This document shows, piece by piece, positions 40,722 through 51,197 of a stretch of 64,000 nucleotides of DNA. Position numbers and translations under genes: made by a program. The notes beneath the pieces are model-generated. The model was given only the letters and a program-made list of their open reading frames with translations, made no database searches and was not told the origin of the DNA. Source of the DNA: Oligoflexales bacterium (GTDB lineage: Bacteria > Bdellovibrionota_B > Oligoflexia > Oligoflexales > JAPPIL01); NCBI GenBank assembly GCA_965215515.1, contig OZ244057.1, forward strand, positions 2,116,711 to 2,180,710, given 5' to 3'. Positions within the stretch are counted from its first letter, which is position 1; each line of letters opens with the position of its first letter.

Positions 40722-41258
40722 GTGAAAAAAATCTTGGTGCTGACAGCGTTGTTCATCTATGCCGAAGCTGCTTACAGTATGGTCGGTGCACAGCTGTTTT
40801 ATGGTTACCGCTGGCAGAAAAAGGATGACATCGATAACAGTGCTCACCTCACGAAGGTGTCGGCGCATGTCGATCCACTGCCTTTTGTCCCCGTCGCTTT
40901 GGGTGTCTCCTTTTACCCCTTGGTACTCTACCGTGCCGATGAAAATAGGGGCGAGGAATCTGCCTCAGGGATGGAGGTGGACGTTGAATTACTGGGCTGG
41001 CTACCGATGATCCCTTTCGTTACCCCGCATGCCAGGCTAAGCTATACAGTTTGGGGCAATAAGAAGACCACCTACAGTGAACAGAGCTTTGCTGACAGGA
41101 ACGATAAGGTAAGTGGGATGGGAGTCGGTATCGGTGCGACTTATGATCTATTACCGATACTCTCGGTCATGGCGGAGGTCAGTCAGGGGCTACGCAAGGT
41201 AGGTGACACGGACTTCAATGCGACAACGTTGAGTATCGGTGTTGGGGTCAGTATTTAG
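40722..41258 (+). CDS. Outer-membrane beta-barrel protein
   Basis: Signal peptide, alternating beta strands, C-terminal 'SIGVGVSI'. Confidence 0.65.
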   Translation: MKKILVLTALFIYAEAAYSMVGAQLFYGYRWQKKDDIDNSAHLTKVSAHVDPLPFVPVALGVSFYPLVLYRADENRGEESASGMEVDVELLGWLPMIPFVTPHARLSYTVWGNKKTTYSEQSFADRNDKVSGMGVGIGATYDLLPILSVMAEVSQGLRKVGDTDFNATTLSIGVGVSI

Positions 41259-41329
41259 TAGCTAGTAGCCTGCCTACTGTAGCTTGCTTGCCCGCGGCGC
41301 TTTTGCTATAGTGCGCGCACAACTACACC

Positions 41330-43111
41330 GTGAGTACGATGCGCAAGTATGAATTTGGTGTCGTGGGCAACGGCTCTTTTCTTGCCTTGATCGACACGAC
41401 GGCAGATGTCAGATGGCTGTGTTGGCCGAAGTTCGACAGCTCCTTCGTCTTTGGCGGTCTTATTGCCGAGAAGGAGGGGGGGCGGTTCGGTGTCTGGCCC
41501 GACAGCGAGTACAGCTCACATCAGTATTATCGCAAAAACACCAATGTGTTGGTGACGGAGTTTCGTTGCGATGCGGGCAGTTTTCGGGTTATCGACTGCG
41601 CCCCGCGTTTCATGCGTTACAGCCGTTACTACAAGCCGCTGATGCTGGTGCGAAAGCTCGAGGTGTTGTCAGGCACGCCGCGGGTGCGGGTTAAGTGCGA
41701 ACCGAAGGGCGATTACGGGCGAATCAACCCCTCGCCGCAGTTGGGTAGCAATCACATCGAGTTCGTCGGGATGCCCAACAATTTGCGTCTGACTTCCGAC
41801 ATCTCACTCAACTACATCCTCAACTCATCGCCGTTTGTGTTAACCCAGACCAAGTATCTGGTGTTAACCTGGGGTGTGCCTCTCGAAGCTCCGTTGAAAG
41901 ATACTTGCGAGGAATTCTTGCAAAGCACCGAAAAGTATTGGCACAGCTGGGTATTGCGTTCTTCGGTGGGACGCTTCTATCAGGAACAGGTGATTCGCTC
42001 GGCTTTGATTTTGAAACTACATCAATACGACGATACAGGGGCGATTATCGCGTCTTGTACGGCTAGTCTGCCTGAGAATATCGGTGGCCAACGCAATTGG
42101 GATTATCGCTATTGCTGGTTGCGTGATGCCTACTATACCCTGTCGGCACTCAATCACATCAGCCACTTCAGCGAGGTAGAAAAATACTCTGAGTATATCC
42201 AGAATATCGCCGTGCACGAACAGGATCGTTATCAGCCAGTCTACTCGATTACCAATGACTCTGAGCTGCCAGAGGTTGAATTAGATTTGTGCGGCTACTG
42301 TCGCAGTGTGCCCGTGCGGATCGGTAATCATGCCTTTATGCACGTGCAAAACGATGTTTATGGGCAAGTCATGTTGTCGTTGTTGCCGCTCTACATCGAT
42401 GCACGTTTCATCGACAGCCGCCATGACGAGGCACGTTTTATGGTGGCAAAGCTACTGGCTAGAATCGAAGCGACCATCGACGAGCCCGATGCAGGTATTT
42501 GGGAATTTCGCCAGAAAGAACAGAAGCACTGCTACACCTTCTTGTTTCACTGGGCTGGCAGTCTGGCAGCAAAGAAAGTCGCGACACGACTCGGTGACAA
42601 AACCTTATCGAATTATGCGGAATTTCTGGAGAAAAAATCTGCATCCCAGATCGAAAAGTGCTACGACGCTAAGCGAGGTGTCTATCAGCAAGCGATCGCG
42701 AGCAAACATCTCGATGCTAGCCTACTCGGTCTCGTCAACATGCACTATCTCGATCCCGATCAGGAAAAGACACGGCAACATCTCACCGTATTGGAAAAAA
42801 ACCTCTCCTGCGGTGATGGTTTGTTTTATCGTTACCGACATGCCGACGATTTTGGCAAGCCACAGGTAGCCTTTCTGGTGTGTGCTTTCTGGTATGTGGA
42901 GGCATTGGCACGCACAGGGCAACTCGAGAAGGCGATCGATAACTTCGAAAAACTACTTAAGTTCCAAAACCATCTCGGTTTGATGAGCGAAGGTTATGAT
43001 CTGCGTAACGACTGTCAGTCGGGCAATTTTCCACAAACCTACAGTCACGTGGGCCTAGTCAACGCGGCCTTCAGCATCAACAACTGCCTCAACCGCCCCG
43101 AATACCTCTAG
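41330..43111 (+). CDS. Glycoside hydrolase family 15 (trehalase/glucoamylase-like)
   Basis: WLCWPKFDS, NWDYRYCWLRDA, GIWEFR and GNFPQTYSH. Confidence 0.93.
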   Translation: MSTMRKYEFGVVGNGSFLALIDTTADVRWLCWPKFDSSFVFGGLIAEKEGGRFGVWPDSEYSSHQYYRKNTNVLVTEFRCDAGSFRVIDCAPRFMRYSRYYKPLMLVRKLEVLSGTPRVRVKCEPKGDYGRINPSPQLGSNHIEFVGMPNNLRLTSDISLNYILNSSPFVLTQTKYLVLTWGVPLEAPLKDTCEEFLQSTEKYWHSWVLRSSVGRFYQEQVIRSALILKLHQYDDTGAIIASCTASLPENIGGQRNWDYRYCWLRDAYYTLSALNHISHFSEVEKYSEYIQNIAVHEQDRYQPVYSITNDSELPEVELDLCGYCRSVPVRIGNHAFMHVQNDVYGQVMLSLLPLYIDARFIDSRHDEARFMVAKLLARIEATIDEPDAGIWEFRQKEQKHCYTFLFHWAGSLAAKKVATRLGDKTLSNYAEFLEKKSASQIEKCYDAKRGVYQQAIASKHLDASLLGLVNMHYLDPDQEKTRQHLTVLEKNLSCGDGLFYRYRHADDFGKPQVAFLVCAFWYVEALARTGQLEKAIDNFEKLLKFQNHLGLMSEGYDLRNDCQSGNFPQTYSHVGLVNAAFSINNCLNRPEYL

Positions 43112-43156
43112 TCGGTTAGTGGGAATTACTCCAGAAAGCAGAAAATCGAGGGGTTA

Positions 43157-44023
43157 CTAGGCCTGTCTCGTAGCCTTCGCGGGAATTACCGCAGCCTGAT
43201 GGTTGATGTCCTGCGCGATTTGCTGCACCGCGGCCGCGGGGACGAACTGGCTCAACGCCGAAACTGCCAGCCGCGCTTCTTCTTGCCTCACTAGCACGCC
43301 GAGATTTTGCAACAGACGTGTCCACGCGGGAGTGAGTCGAGAGGCAGTGATCGCGATGTCACGCCAGCTACTGATTAGCACCACACAAACCATAGCGGAT
43401 AATGACGTGTCATCGAGAGCAATAGTAAGTCTGCCTTCGTAGCGACGACAAAAGGCCGCCAGCTGGGCACGCAAACAGAGCCTGAGATAATGGGCCGGTC
43501 GCGGCAAGACAACCGCCGCGGAGCCGATACCCCTCGCCGTGCGGGAAGTCTGCGGCACATACAGGCGCGCTTCGCCTGGCGTGGATAGCAGACTCAACAC
43601 CTCCCCTCTCTCGCTAGTGTGCATCAGATAGCCGTCGTGCCACACCTCGCCGTGTGCCCCTGCCAGTGCTACGTGCAAGGTGCTCTCGTTTGTAGACACA
43701 GGCAAAGGTGGTGGCACAGGCGAAAAAGCAGGCAACACAGCGCGGCAGGAAAAATTTACCCACCCTACCGTGCCCACCTCCGCCCTGCAGCTCTCGCCCT
43801 GCGTCTGCCAAACTGCTGTCTGCCTGTGCCCGCCATCCACCCGCTCGACCAGGCACGGGCGACGCGTTACGGGATCAAACCAACCCACCAGCTGCGGGAC
43901 GGCACAAGGGGGAGATTGTGTGCGGGGGAGAAAGGCTGCGCGTACGACCAGACAACAGTCTCGCTGTGTCAGAGGAGGAAGTTTGCCTTCCCCCTTGACA
44001 AGCGCGACCCTGTCAGCAACCAC
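43157..44023 (-). CDS. Hypothetical protein
   Basis: Longest ORF in the gap, starting just after the ahpC stop; no recognised motif. Confidence 0.4.
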   Translation of the reverse strand: MVADRVALVKGEGKLPPLTQRDCCLVVRAAFLPRTQSPPCAVPQLVGWFDPVTRRPCLVERVDGGHRQTAVWQTQGESCRAEVGTVGWVNFSCRAVLPAFSPVPPPLPVSTNESTLHVALAGAHGEVWHDGYLMHTSERGEVLSLLSTPGEARLYVPQTSRTARGIGSAAVVLPRPAHYLRLCLRAQLAAFCRRYEGRLTIALDDTSLSAMVCVVLISSWRDIAITASRLTPAWTRLLQNLGVLVRQEEARLAVSALSQFVPAAAVQQIAQDINHQAAVIPAKATRQA

Positions 44024-44030
44024 GGTCAGT

Positions 44031-44612
44031 TCAGCCGCCGAAATACTCTTTCAGCCCTTCGCGATTAGGCTTCATGCTCTTTTCGCCCTTTTGCCAGTTG
44101 GCGGGACAAACCTCGCCGTGCTCTTCGGTAAACTGCAATGCCTCGGTCAAGCGCACAAACTCCGCAACGTTGCGTCCGAGGGGGAGATTGTTGATGGTCT
44201 GGTGCTGCACGATGCCCTTCTTGTCGATGAGGAAAGTACCCCGTAATGCCACCCCCGCATCGGGCAACAGCACATCGTAATCACGGGCGATGGTCTTGTT
44301 GATGTCCGCGATCAGCGGGTAAGCGACCCCCTGAATGCCACCCGTATTTTTGGGCGTGCGCAACCAAGCATGGTGACAATGGGCACTGTCCACCGATACG
44401 CCTAGCACCTCCGTGTTCAACTGTCGAAACGTGTCCAGCTTCTCCTGAAAAGTATGCAGCTCCGTCGGGCACACGAAGGTGAAGTCGAGCGGATAGAAGA
44501 ACAACACGACATACTTGCCGCGATAATCCGACAATCTGATTTCTTTGAAGTCACCCTTCACCACCGCTTCGGCGGTAAAATCAGGGGCCTGCTTGTTAAC
44601 CAACACAGCCAT
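44031..44612 (-). CDS. ahpC: 2-Cys peroxiredoxin
   Basis: [13 protein letters not shown] and [11 protein letters not shown] 44612 after AAAGGA. Confidence 0.95.
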   Translation of the reverse strand: MAVLVNKQAPDFTAEAVVKGDFKEIRLSDYRGKYVVLFFYPLDFTFVCPTELHTFQEKLDTFRQLNTEVLGVSVDSAHCHHAWLRTPKNTGGIQGVAYPLIADINKTIARDYDVLLPDAGVALRGTFLIDKKGIVQHQTINNLPLGRNVAEFVRLTEALQFTEEHGEVCPANWQKGEKSMKPNREGLKEYFGG

Positions 44613-44855
44613 AACTAGTGTCCTTTCTCGTGGATTGCATAAAAACAAACGTGCGCGATACACACAGGCCACATCATAGCAAAGTGCCCCCCCGAAGGTA
44701 AAGCCGTATGTATAGATACCCCTGGAAAATGGACACCACCAAAACACGTGTGCACAATTTCTGAGCTATCTGCACAAGGCAACGCCCCTGACATCTTCTC
44801 TGCGACAACAAACAAGGTTATGCACAGGTCACTGTGGAAAATTGCCGCTGATTTT

Positions 44856-46100
44856 TTATTTACCAGATTTAGCAAGCGTGATCTGACGTGCGTGCAAAAG
44901 ACAGAAAACCACCAAGAATGGTGCGACATACAGCAGCACACGATCGACATTCTGGGTGATAATACCGAGAAAACGCAGGGCCAGCAGTAACAGCCAGGCA
45001 GCGAGATGTGCCAGGCAATAACCTTGCCACAGTCGCGGCCAACGCGGTTGTTTGCGCCGTAAGGTCAGCACTGCCAGCCAGCAAAAAATAAAATCCGTCG
45101 GCCAGAACAGCCAGAGGTTGGCGTTGTGGTGCAGGTCGAGATGTTCGGAGTAACACCACGAAACGATCATAACGCTGCTCAGCAGTGCCGCAAACATTCC
45201 CCACAGCAGTAGCAAGGAGCTGTAAAGGACGCGGGAGCTGAGATAACGGTACAGTAGCCAGCTGGACAATAGTAGCAGCAGCGCGACACCCGCGAAAACC
45301 CAGAAACTATCGATGACGGAAGATAACCACGGGTCGCCTGCATAGATAATCTCTTCCACCGCCAGCAGCGGCTCGTCGGTGAAATTGCCCGCATCATCGA
45401 CCGCCAGCAATTCACCCATATACTGCTGTAGCTTAAGGGGGTAGAACATCTCTTGCCATTTCGACAGAGGGTAGTCGATACGGCTGTTCATCACCATGTC
45501 CAAACCAAAAACCACGATGGGTGGACGGTTGAGGTTACCTCGGACGTAGTGACGAAACGTCTGCGCCACCATCTGCGTGGCGTAAGTTTCTTCGATCTTA
45601 CCGTGCAACACACGGTCAAGATAATCCCTGACAATCGTCGCACAGTTGTCGAAAAAATACTGATAATGGTAGGTGATGTTCTCCGGTCGCAAGTTGGTAG
45701 CCAGCAGTTCGAAGAGTTGCGTTTTTTGTTGTGCGGTGAGATTAACTTTGTTCTGGCTTACACTGCGGTTTTCGCGCCGTCCGTAGTGGCGATGCATGTG
45801 CGTATAGCCCGATACACCGAGCCGATAGGTGAGAATTCCCTTGAAAAAAACAAAACCGAAGGCAAGCTGACTGCTATAATCAAATATCCCCCAGTTGAAG
45901 TTGTAATCAGCACCGCTATCACGATCTACCACGCGCAACACCGTGTGCCCATAGCGGGTATACAGCTGTTGTCCTAGCCCAATCGTAACGAGGTAGACAT
46001 CGCCGTTACGGGGAGGCACGAACCGCGACTTCGCCCCCTGCGCCTGCGTCACAGCACTCAGCCATAGGCAGGCCAGCAGCATCCCCCCCCACCCTTTCAT
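44856..46100 (-). CDS. DUF4105/Lnb-like membrane protein
   Basis: GHTVLRV, FNWGIFD, YHYQYFFDNCAT, then 4-5 TMs. Confidence 0.8.
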   Translation of the reverse strand: MKGWGGMLLACLWLSAVTQAQGAKSRFVPPRNGDVYLVTIGLGQQLYTRYGHTVLRVVDRDSGADYNFNWGIFDYSSQLAFGFVFFKGILTYRLGVSGYTHMHRHYGRRENRSVSQNKVNLTAQQKTQLFELLATNLRPENITYHYQYFFDNCATIVRDYLDRVLHGKIEETYATQMVAQTFRHYVRGNLNRPPIVVFGLDMVMNSRIDYPLSKWQEMFYPLKLQQYMGELLAVDDAGNFTDEPLLAVEEIIYAGDPWLSSVIDSFWVFAGVALLLLLSSWLLYRYLSSRVLYSSLLLLWGMFAALLSSVMIVSWCYSEHLDLHHNANLWLFWPTDFIFCWLAVLTLRRKQPRWPRLWQGYCLAHLAAWLLLLALRFLGIITQNVDRVLLYVAPFLVVFCLLHARQITLAKSGK

Positions 46101-46663
46101 GGCTTGCCTCCCTTCCGTGTTCTGCGTTGCAAGGCAAGCCGCATCGCCCGCCTGGTCTCAGCCGCTTTTTGCCTGCGTTTCCCGTCACCGCCTTGCACCA
46201 ACAAAGGCGGCAACGGACAAGGCCGTCCCCGCGTATCGATCGCGACCATCGTTAAATAAGCACTGGCAGCATGAACCGTCACCCCCCGTCGTATGTCTTC
46301 CGCCACCACCCGCACACCGACCTCACAACTCGTATGGCCGACATAGTTAACCCGCGCCTGCGCGGTGACGATCCATCCTAACTTGACGGGCTGGGCAAAC
46401 TGTAGCGCATCGACCGCCGCCGTGACCACCGCACTGCGTTGCTGATACTCCCCCCCGCTTTCTCGCTCCTTGCCGCTTTCTCGCTCCGCCTGTGCATAGC
46501 GCATGGCACAGATACCTGCGGCAGCATCTATCCAGGCCATCAGGGTGCCGCCGAAGAGTGTGCCAAGATGGTTGGTATCGTGAGGTCTGACTACGGTGGT
46601 GACCACTGCCTCGCTCGCCGTGCGCGGTTTATGGTTTTGGTTGTGCAAAACTGATCCTACCAT
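46097..46663 (-). CDS. HotDog acyl-CoA thioesterase
   Basis: DTNHLGTLFGGTLMAWID, VGHTSCEVGV and YLTMVAID. Confidence 0.92.
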   Translation of the reverse strand: MVGSVLHNQNHKPRTASEAVVTTVVRPHDTNHLGTLFGGTLMAWIDAAAGICAMRYAQAERESGKERESGGEYQQRSAVVTAAVDALQFAQPVKLGWIVTAQARVNYVGHTSCEVGVRVVAEDIRRGVTVHAASAYLTMVAIDTRGRPCPLPPLLVQGGDGKRRQKAAETRRAMRLALQRRTRKGGKP

Positions 46664-47497
46664 TTAAAATATAAAAAGAACCCGCAACTTATGTCCCAAA
46701 AGCAAATGCAGCGCAGCACCGAGGGCCAAAAACTGCCCGAATGGTAGTGCTGACTGAAGATTATACCTCTTTTTGGTGATGGGAAGCAAAATAAGGGCGG
46801 TAAATGTGCCCAGCAGCGAGGCATAGAGGAGAGAGGGAAACACTGCCTGCCAGCCCAGCCAGCCACCGATACCAGCCAGCAGCTTGGCATCGCCCATCCC
46901 CATGCCGATTTTGCCTCGTATCAGTTGGTAGAGCCAGGCGATGATGTAGATTACGCCGCCACCACTGACGACACCTATGGTCGCACTCTGCCAATCGAGT
47001 TCAGGGTGCAGGTAGACGACCAGCGGAGTCGCAGCTACCATCGTGAGGCTGATCTCGTCGGGGATTATCATGTGCTGCAAGTCAATCACCGATGCTACCA
47101 GCAATAAGCAACAGAAGACTGTGGCATGTAGATAGCGGATGAGTTGCAGGTAGACAATACCATCAGTACTGAAAAAGGGCGCGTGGAAATACAAGCCCGC
47201 CACTAACAAGGCACTGCTCAATTCGACCAGAGGATACTGCATGGATAGCCTCTGCCGACAGCAGGCCGTACGGCCGCGCAACAGCAAGAAGCTTATGATC
47301 GGCACATTCAAATAAAACGGCACCCGCTGCTCGCAGTGCGGACAGTGCGAACGGCGATAACGCCAGAACTCTTCACGAGGCAGGCGATAGATGAGCACGT
47401 TGAAAAAACTGCCGAAGACACTGCCGATAACAAACAACAACGACAGCAGCAGCCAGTTTATGCTTGCCAGTGGCAAAAAACTAACATACGCGTTCAT
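46664..47497 (-). CDS. pilD: Prepilin peptidase/N-methyltransferase
   Basis: GSFFNVLIYRLP, RSHCPHC, IDLQHMIIPD, GMGDAKL and PFGQFL. Confidence 0.93.
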   Translation of the reverse strand: MNAYVSFLPLASINWLLLSLLFVIGSVFGSFFNVLIYRLPREEFWRYRRSHCPHCEQRVPFYLNVPIISFLLLRGRTACCRQRLSMQYPLVELSSALLVAGLYFHAPFFSTDGIVYLQLIRYLHATVFCCLLLVASVIDLQHMIIPDEISLTMVAATPLVVYLHPELDWQSATIGVVSGGGVIYIIAWLYQLIRGKIGMGMGDAKLLAGIGGWLGWQAVFPSLLYASLLGTFTALILLPITKKRYNLQSALPFGQFLALGAALHLLLGHKLRVLFIF

Positions 47498-47540
47498 GGG
47501 CAGTTGATAGCAGTTGTTGCTGTAGAAGCCAAAGGTAAAA

Positions 47541-49496
47541 TTGCGCATCGACAAGTTTGATTGGGCACAGATTATCGCTAAGCTGGTTGCCTGCTGCTAC
47601 ACGGAAGGTGCACAGGAGCGTGCCGCCCAGCTAATGCCTCAGCTCGCTGCGGAGGAGATTCTCCGTATCTGGGAACAGACCGTGGCCGTACGTGAGCTGC
47701 TCGCCCGCGGTTACACCTTGCCAGCCATCACACTACCGTCGCTGGCTAAGATCTTCAAGGCTGTGGCGTATGGACAGGTGCTTGAGCCCCGTGCCTTGCA
47801 GGACGTGCTCAAGTTGCTTCATGCGGTGCGCAAGTGGTATGTCTTCTGCAAAAACTGGGAGCGTGAATGCCGTGTATTGCACCGTTTTCGCACGGCGTTG
47901 TTGACCTTGCCCCGTCTCGTCAAGCGTATTGAGAAAGCCATCGATGGCGATGCGCTGCTCAAAGATAACGCATCGGCCGAACTCAAAAGTATCCGCACAC
48001 AGAAAAAAAGTTTGCAGGATCGCATCGAAACCAAGTTGCGCCGTATGATTTACCAACGCAAGTTCGGTCCTTACTTACAGGATGACTTTATCACGGTACG
48101 CAATGACAAATACGTTGTGCCCTTGCGAGTAGATGCTAACGGTAGAGTAAAGGGCAATGCTGTTGATTTTTCTCGCAGTCGTGAAACAATGTTCTTTGAG
48201 CCGCAAGAAATAGAAAAATCCAACCAGTTGCTACAGACCCTTGAATTTTCGGAAAACTTGACCTGCTATCGTATTTTGCAGGAGCTGAGTCAAGAGGTCA
48301 GTGTTGAGTATGACACTTTGCAGCGCAACTACGAAGCCCTGCTTGCCTTGGATATGCTGCATGCCAGGGCGCAGTTAGCGCTTAAGCTCGATGCTCAGGC
48401 TATCACCTTGAGCGACAGGCCGTGCTTGTGTTTGCAGGAGATGTATCATCCTTTGTTGGCTGGTAAGGCAGTAGTGAAAAACAACTTGCAGCTCGATACT
48501 CACAACACGTTGGTTATTTCTGGAGTCAATGCGGGGGGCAAAACAGTCATGCTCAAAACAGTTGGTTTGTTGCAGATGATGGCCAAGGCGGGGTTGTTGG
48601 TTACGGCTGCCCCTCGTTCGCAGACGTACGTCTTCGACAATCTGCATGTAGTAATGGATGAGGAGCAGAACATCGCACATAATCTTTCTACTTTTTCTAG
48701 TCATCTACTCAGCCTCCAGCGTGTCCTTGCGGAAACTGACAAGGATGATTTGGTGCTGATCGATGAGATTGCCACAGGCACTGATCCTGACACAGGTGCG
48801 GCGTTGGCACAAGCTGTGTTAGAACAGCTTGCCGCGCGCAGCATTACTACGTTGGTGACCACGCATCACACGGCACTGAAGGAGCTTGCCCTTAACGATA
48901 CGCGTTTTCGCAATGCCTCGATGCAGTTTTCGACTGCTGTTTTGCAACCCACTTATCGTTTGCTACTCGACCGCCCAGGACAGAGCTACGGTCTTGAAAT
49001 CGCTCGCAGTCTCGGTCTCCCTACCTCCCTGCTGACACGGGCCGCCGCTTTACGCAACGCTAAGGTGCAAAAATTTGAAGCTGCTCTGCTTCGCCTTGAG
49101 GAAGAAAATCAAAAGCTGCAAGCGGAAAAAAATAAATTTCATTTGGAGACACTGAAACTGCAAAAATATCGTGACCAGTGGCAACACGACACACAGGCAA
49201 TTGCTGCACTGCGTGATAAGTTGCAACGTGAAGTCGAGGCCTTACCACCGCAGCCCTCGGTCGAGGGTCTCTCTCCTACCCAGCTGAAACAGCATCTGCA
49301 ACCTTCTCCGCCCCCAGCCCTGCCAGGCAAAGAACTCACCTTTGCTGCTGCTAAAGTCGGTATGCAGGTCTACTGCTTGCCTCTCAAGAAAAGTGCACAC
49401 ATCATTAAAGTGGGACGCGATGCCAGCGACTTTCTGGAAATAAGCATCGGTGACATGCGTACCAAAGTAAAATTACCCGACCTGCGCTTGTTGTGA
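47541..49496 (+). CDS. mutS2: MutS2-family ATPase without a C-terminal Smr domain
   Basis: SGVNAGGKT, LSTFSSH, IDEIATGTDP, TTHH and PGQSYG; ends after a KOW-like segment. Confidence 0.85.
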   Translation: MRIDKFDWAQIIAKLVACCYTEGAQERAAQLMPQLAAEEILRIWEQTVAVRELLARGYTLPAITLPSLAKIFKAVAYGQVLEPRALQDVLKLLHAVRKWYVFCKNWERECRVLHRFRTALLTLPRLVKRIEKAIDGDALLKDNASAELKSIRTQKKSLQDRIETKLRRMIYQRKFGPYLQDDFITVRNDKYVVPLRVDANGRVKGNAVDFSRSRETMFFEPQEIEKSNQLLQTLEFSENLTCYRILQELSQEVSVEYDTLQRNYEALLALDMLHARAQLALKLDAQAITLSDRPCLCLQEMYHPLLAGKAVVKNNLQLDTHNTLVISGVNAGGKTVMLKTVGLLQMMAKAGLLVTAAPRSQTYVFDNLHVVMDEEQNIAHNLSTFSSHLLSLQRVLAETDKDDLVLIDEIATGTDPDTGAALAQAVLEQLAARSITTLVTTHHTALKELALNDTRFRNASMQFSTAVLQPTYRLLLDRPGQSYGLEIARSLGLPTSLLTRAAALRNAKVQKFEAALLRLEEENQKLQAEKNKFHLETLKLQKYRDQWQHDTQAIAALRDKLQREVEALPPQPSVEGLSPTQLKQHLQPSPPPALPGKELTFAAAKVGMQVYCLPLKKSAHIIKVGRDASDFLEISIGDMRTKVKLPDLRLL

Positions 49497-49526
49497 CGGT
49501 CACTAACTGCACCGAAAATAATCTGG

Positions 49527-49588
49527 TTCCCGACCTGATGCGGCTCTGCGTGCGGTTGAGGTGTATGAGCACAGAGGCAAAGACAACC
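49527..49588 (+). pseudogene. Degenerate internal fragment of tatB
   Basis: Matches 36473-36546 with a 12-bp deletion and a few substitutions. Confidence 0.8.
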
Positions 49589-49676
49589 TTGCGCCGCGCC
49601 GCCGAGATGTCCAAAACCGAGCAACTGCCCGCGCGAGACCAGCGGAGTTAGCTTCTGCTGTTCGTCTTCGCATGCG

Positions 49677-51080
49677 TCAAGGGTTCTCTGTCGGCTGTGG
49701 TGAGAGCATGAAAAAGTTGCTTGTCGCAGTGTACTTTGTGCCGTCGATGCGCACGATGGCTCGGTAGCGCACGTTAACGAGTCCTGTGTTTGTTGTGGTG
49801 ATGGGGAAGTAGATGCCTTCGTATCTTCGCACACCATCGGCCAGGTTTTGTTTTGTATGCACGCTATCGTGCCAGGATCTGATACCGTCGTGTTTCCACT
49901 TCAGTGCCACCTCTGTTCGGGAGGCGCTTTCAGCGACGATAATGTCACCGCTGCAGGTTTTCAGTGCTACTTCAAGAGCGAATTCTTCTCCCCGCCCTAT
50001 TTTCAGCGGCGGTTGCTGGCTGAACTCAAGCTTATACAAGTCGCAGGCAGGGGTGAGCAGCGCGTCCCAACCAGCTTTATCGAGTGCTTTGCGGTCAATT
50101 TTGACTAATTGATAGCTCACGTCAGGTGTGACGCTATTATCGGTGTAAGAGCCAGTGACACTCTCGATTGTGCCTTCAGTGCTATCCTCGCTGTCGCTGA
50201 GGGTGGTAACTGTGATCTCGTAGAGCCCGTCTGTGCCACTGCCTTCGTAGGTAGTGCTTGTCTGATAGCGTGGCGGGGAACTTTCCAGCACGGTGGTCGC
50301 CTTGGTGTTAGCTACAGCACTCATCTCCACTCTCACTACCCTTCCATCGCGGTTCCGCATAAGCCACAGTGTAGCCTCGTCGCGAGCACTGATTCCAACC
50401 TTCAGTGCCGCGGTAAAGCCACCGCTTGTGTCCGAACTGCGTTGTACAAGCTTGTAGTTACCGTAAAAATCTCGCAGGTAGTCGCGGTCAGTATTCTCAT
50501 CTCCCTCCGTGTCCTCGTTATCGCTATCACTATCTGTATTATCATCCAGTGCGATCGTTTGCTGATTGATGTTTTTCCACCAGTCAGCATCGAGTGTTTC
50601 GCCTTCGCCTGGAAGCAATTTCGTGCCGCCGTATATCAACGAGCTATCGTCGGCAGGCGAGAAGGTCATGTCACCACAACAGCTATCTTTAATGACCGCA
50701 CCATCTCCATCCAATTCAACCTCGCCCGCGTAGTCGCCGACGTGTTCCGCCTCGCTCTCGTCAGAGAGCACGGCTTGCCCCGAGAAGGAGATGATATCCT
50801 GGCCGTCGGGGTTGTGGTTCAAGCTAGCTTGGGCTTCACCGCTATCCTCTCGTGCCGCGGTAAGTTCTTTCACCCCCAGACGTTGCGGTATATTGCTATC
50901 GACTCTGACTCGCAGGGCAACCACGAGATCGGGGTTACCGTCGTTGACAAAGCGATATTTGGCGTAGTGCCAGCCGCTGAGCGCTGCTTCCTGATCAGCA
51001 GTCGTTTTAGCTTGTGCTTCCTCTTTGCTCTGGCAAGCAAGCACCACACTGCACATCGCCAGTGAAAGAAACCATCGCAT
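49677..51080 (-). CDS. Orphan lipoprotein with acidic linker
   Basis: Lipobox VVLAC; DDNTDSDSDNEDTEGDE linker; beta-rich domains. Confidence 0.7.
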   Translation of the reverse strand: MRWFLSLAMCSVVLACQSKEEAQAKTTADQEAALSGWHYAKYRFVNDGNPDLVVALRVRVDSNIPQRLGVKELTAAREDSGEAQASLNHNPDGQDIISFSGQAVLSDESEAEHVGDYAGEVELDGDGAVIKDSCCGDMTFSPADDSSLIYGGTKLLPGEGETLDADWWKNINQQTIALDDNTDSDSDNEDTEGDENTDRDYLRDFYGNYKLVQRSSDTSGGFTAALKVGISARDEATLWLMRNRDGRVVRVEMSAVANTKATTVLESSPPRYQTSTTYEGSGTDGLYEITVTTLSDSEDSTEGTIESVTGSYTDNSVTPDVSYQLVKIDRKALDKAGWDALLTPACDLYKLEFSQQPPLKIGRGEEFALEVALKTCSGDIIVAESASRTEVALKWKHDGIRSWHDSVHTKQNLADGVRRYEGIYFPITTTNTGLVNVRYRAIVRIDGTKYTATSNFFMLSPQPTENP

Positions 51081-51114
51081 CGTAATGCCCCCTTAATCAT
51101 GTCCACGTCGGCTC

Positions 51115-51142
51115 TTATCGACACACGTACGTGGCAAGTTTA
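51115..51142 (-). promoter_or_regulatory. Sigma28/FliA-like promoter
   Basis: Minus strand TAAA-N16-GTCGATAA upstream of ATG 51080. Confidence 0.5.
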
Positions 51143-51197
51143 GTTTTTTTATAAATCTAGCCTAAATAGTTATTATTACCAGTATACTAAGTAGACA

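Noticed and set aside
50109..51065. 318-aa plus-strand ORF, and similar long antisense ORFs at 25015-25728 and 7220-7918
   Set aside because: They are shadow ORFs antisense to better-supported genes and show no recognisable motifs.
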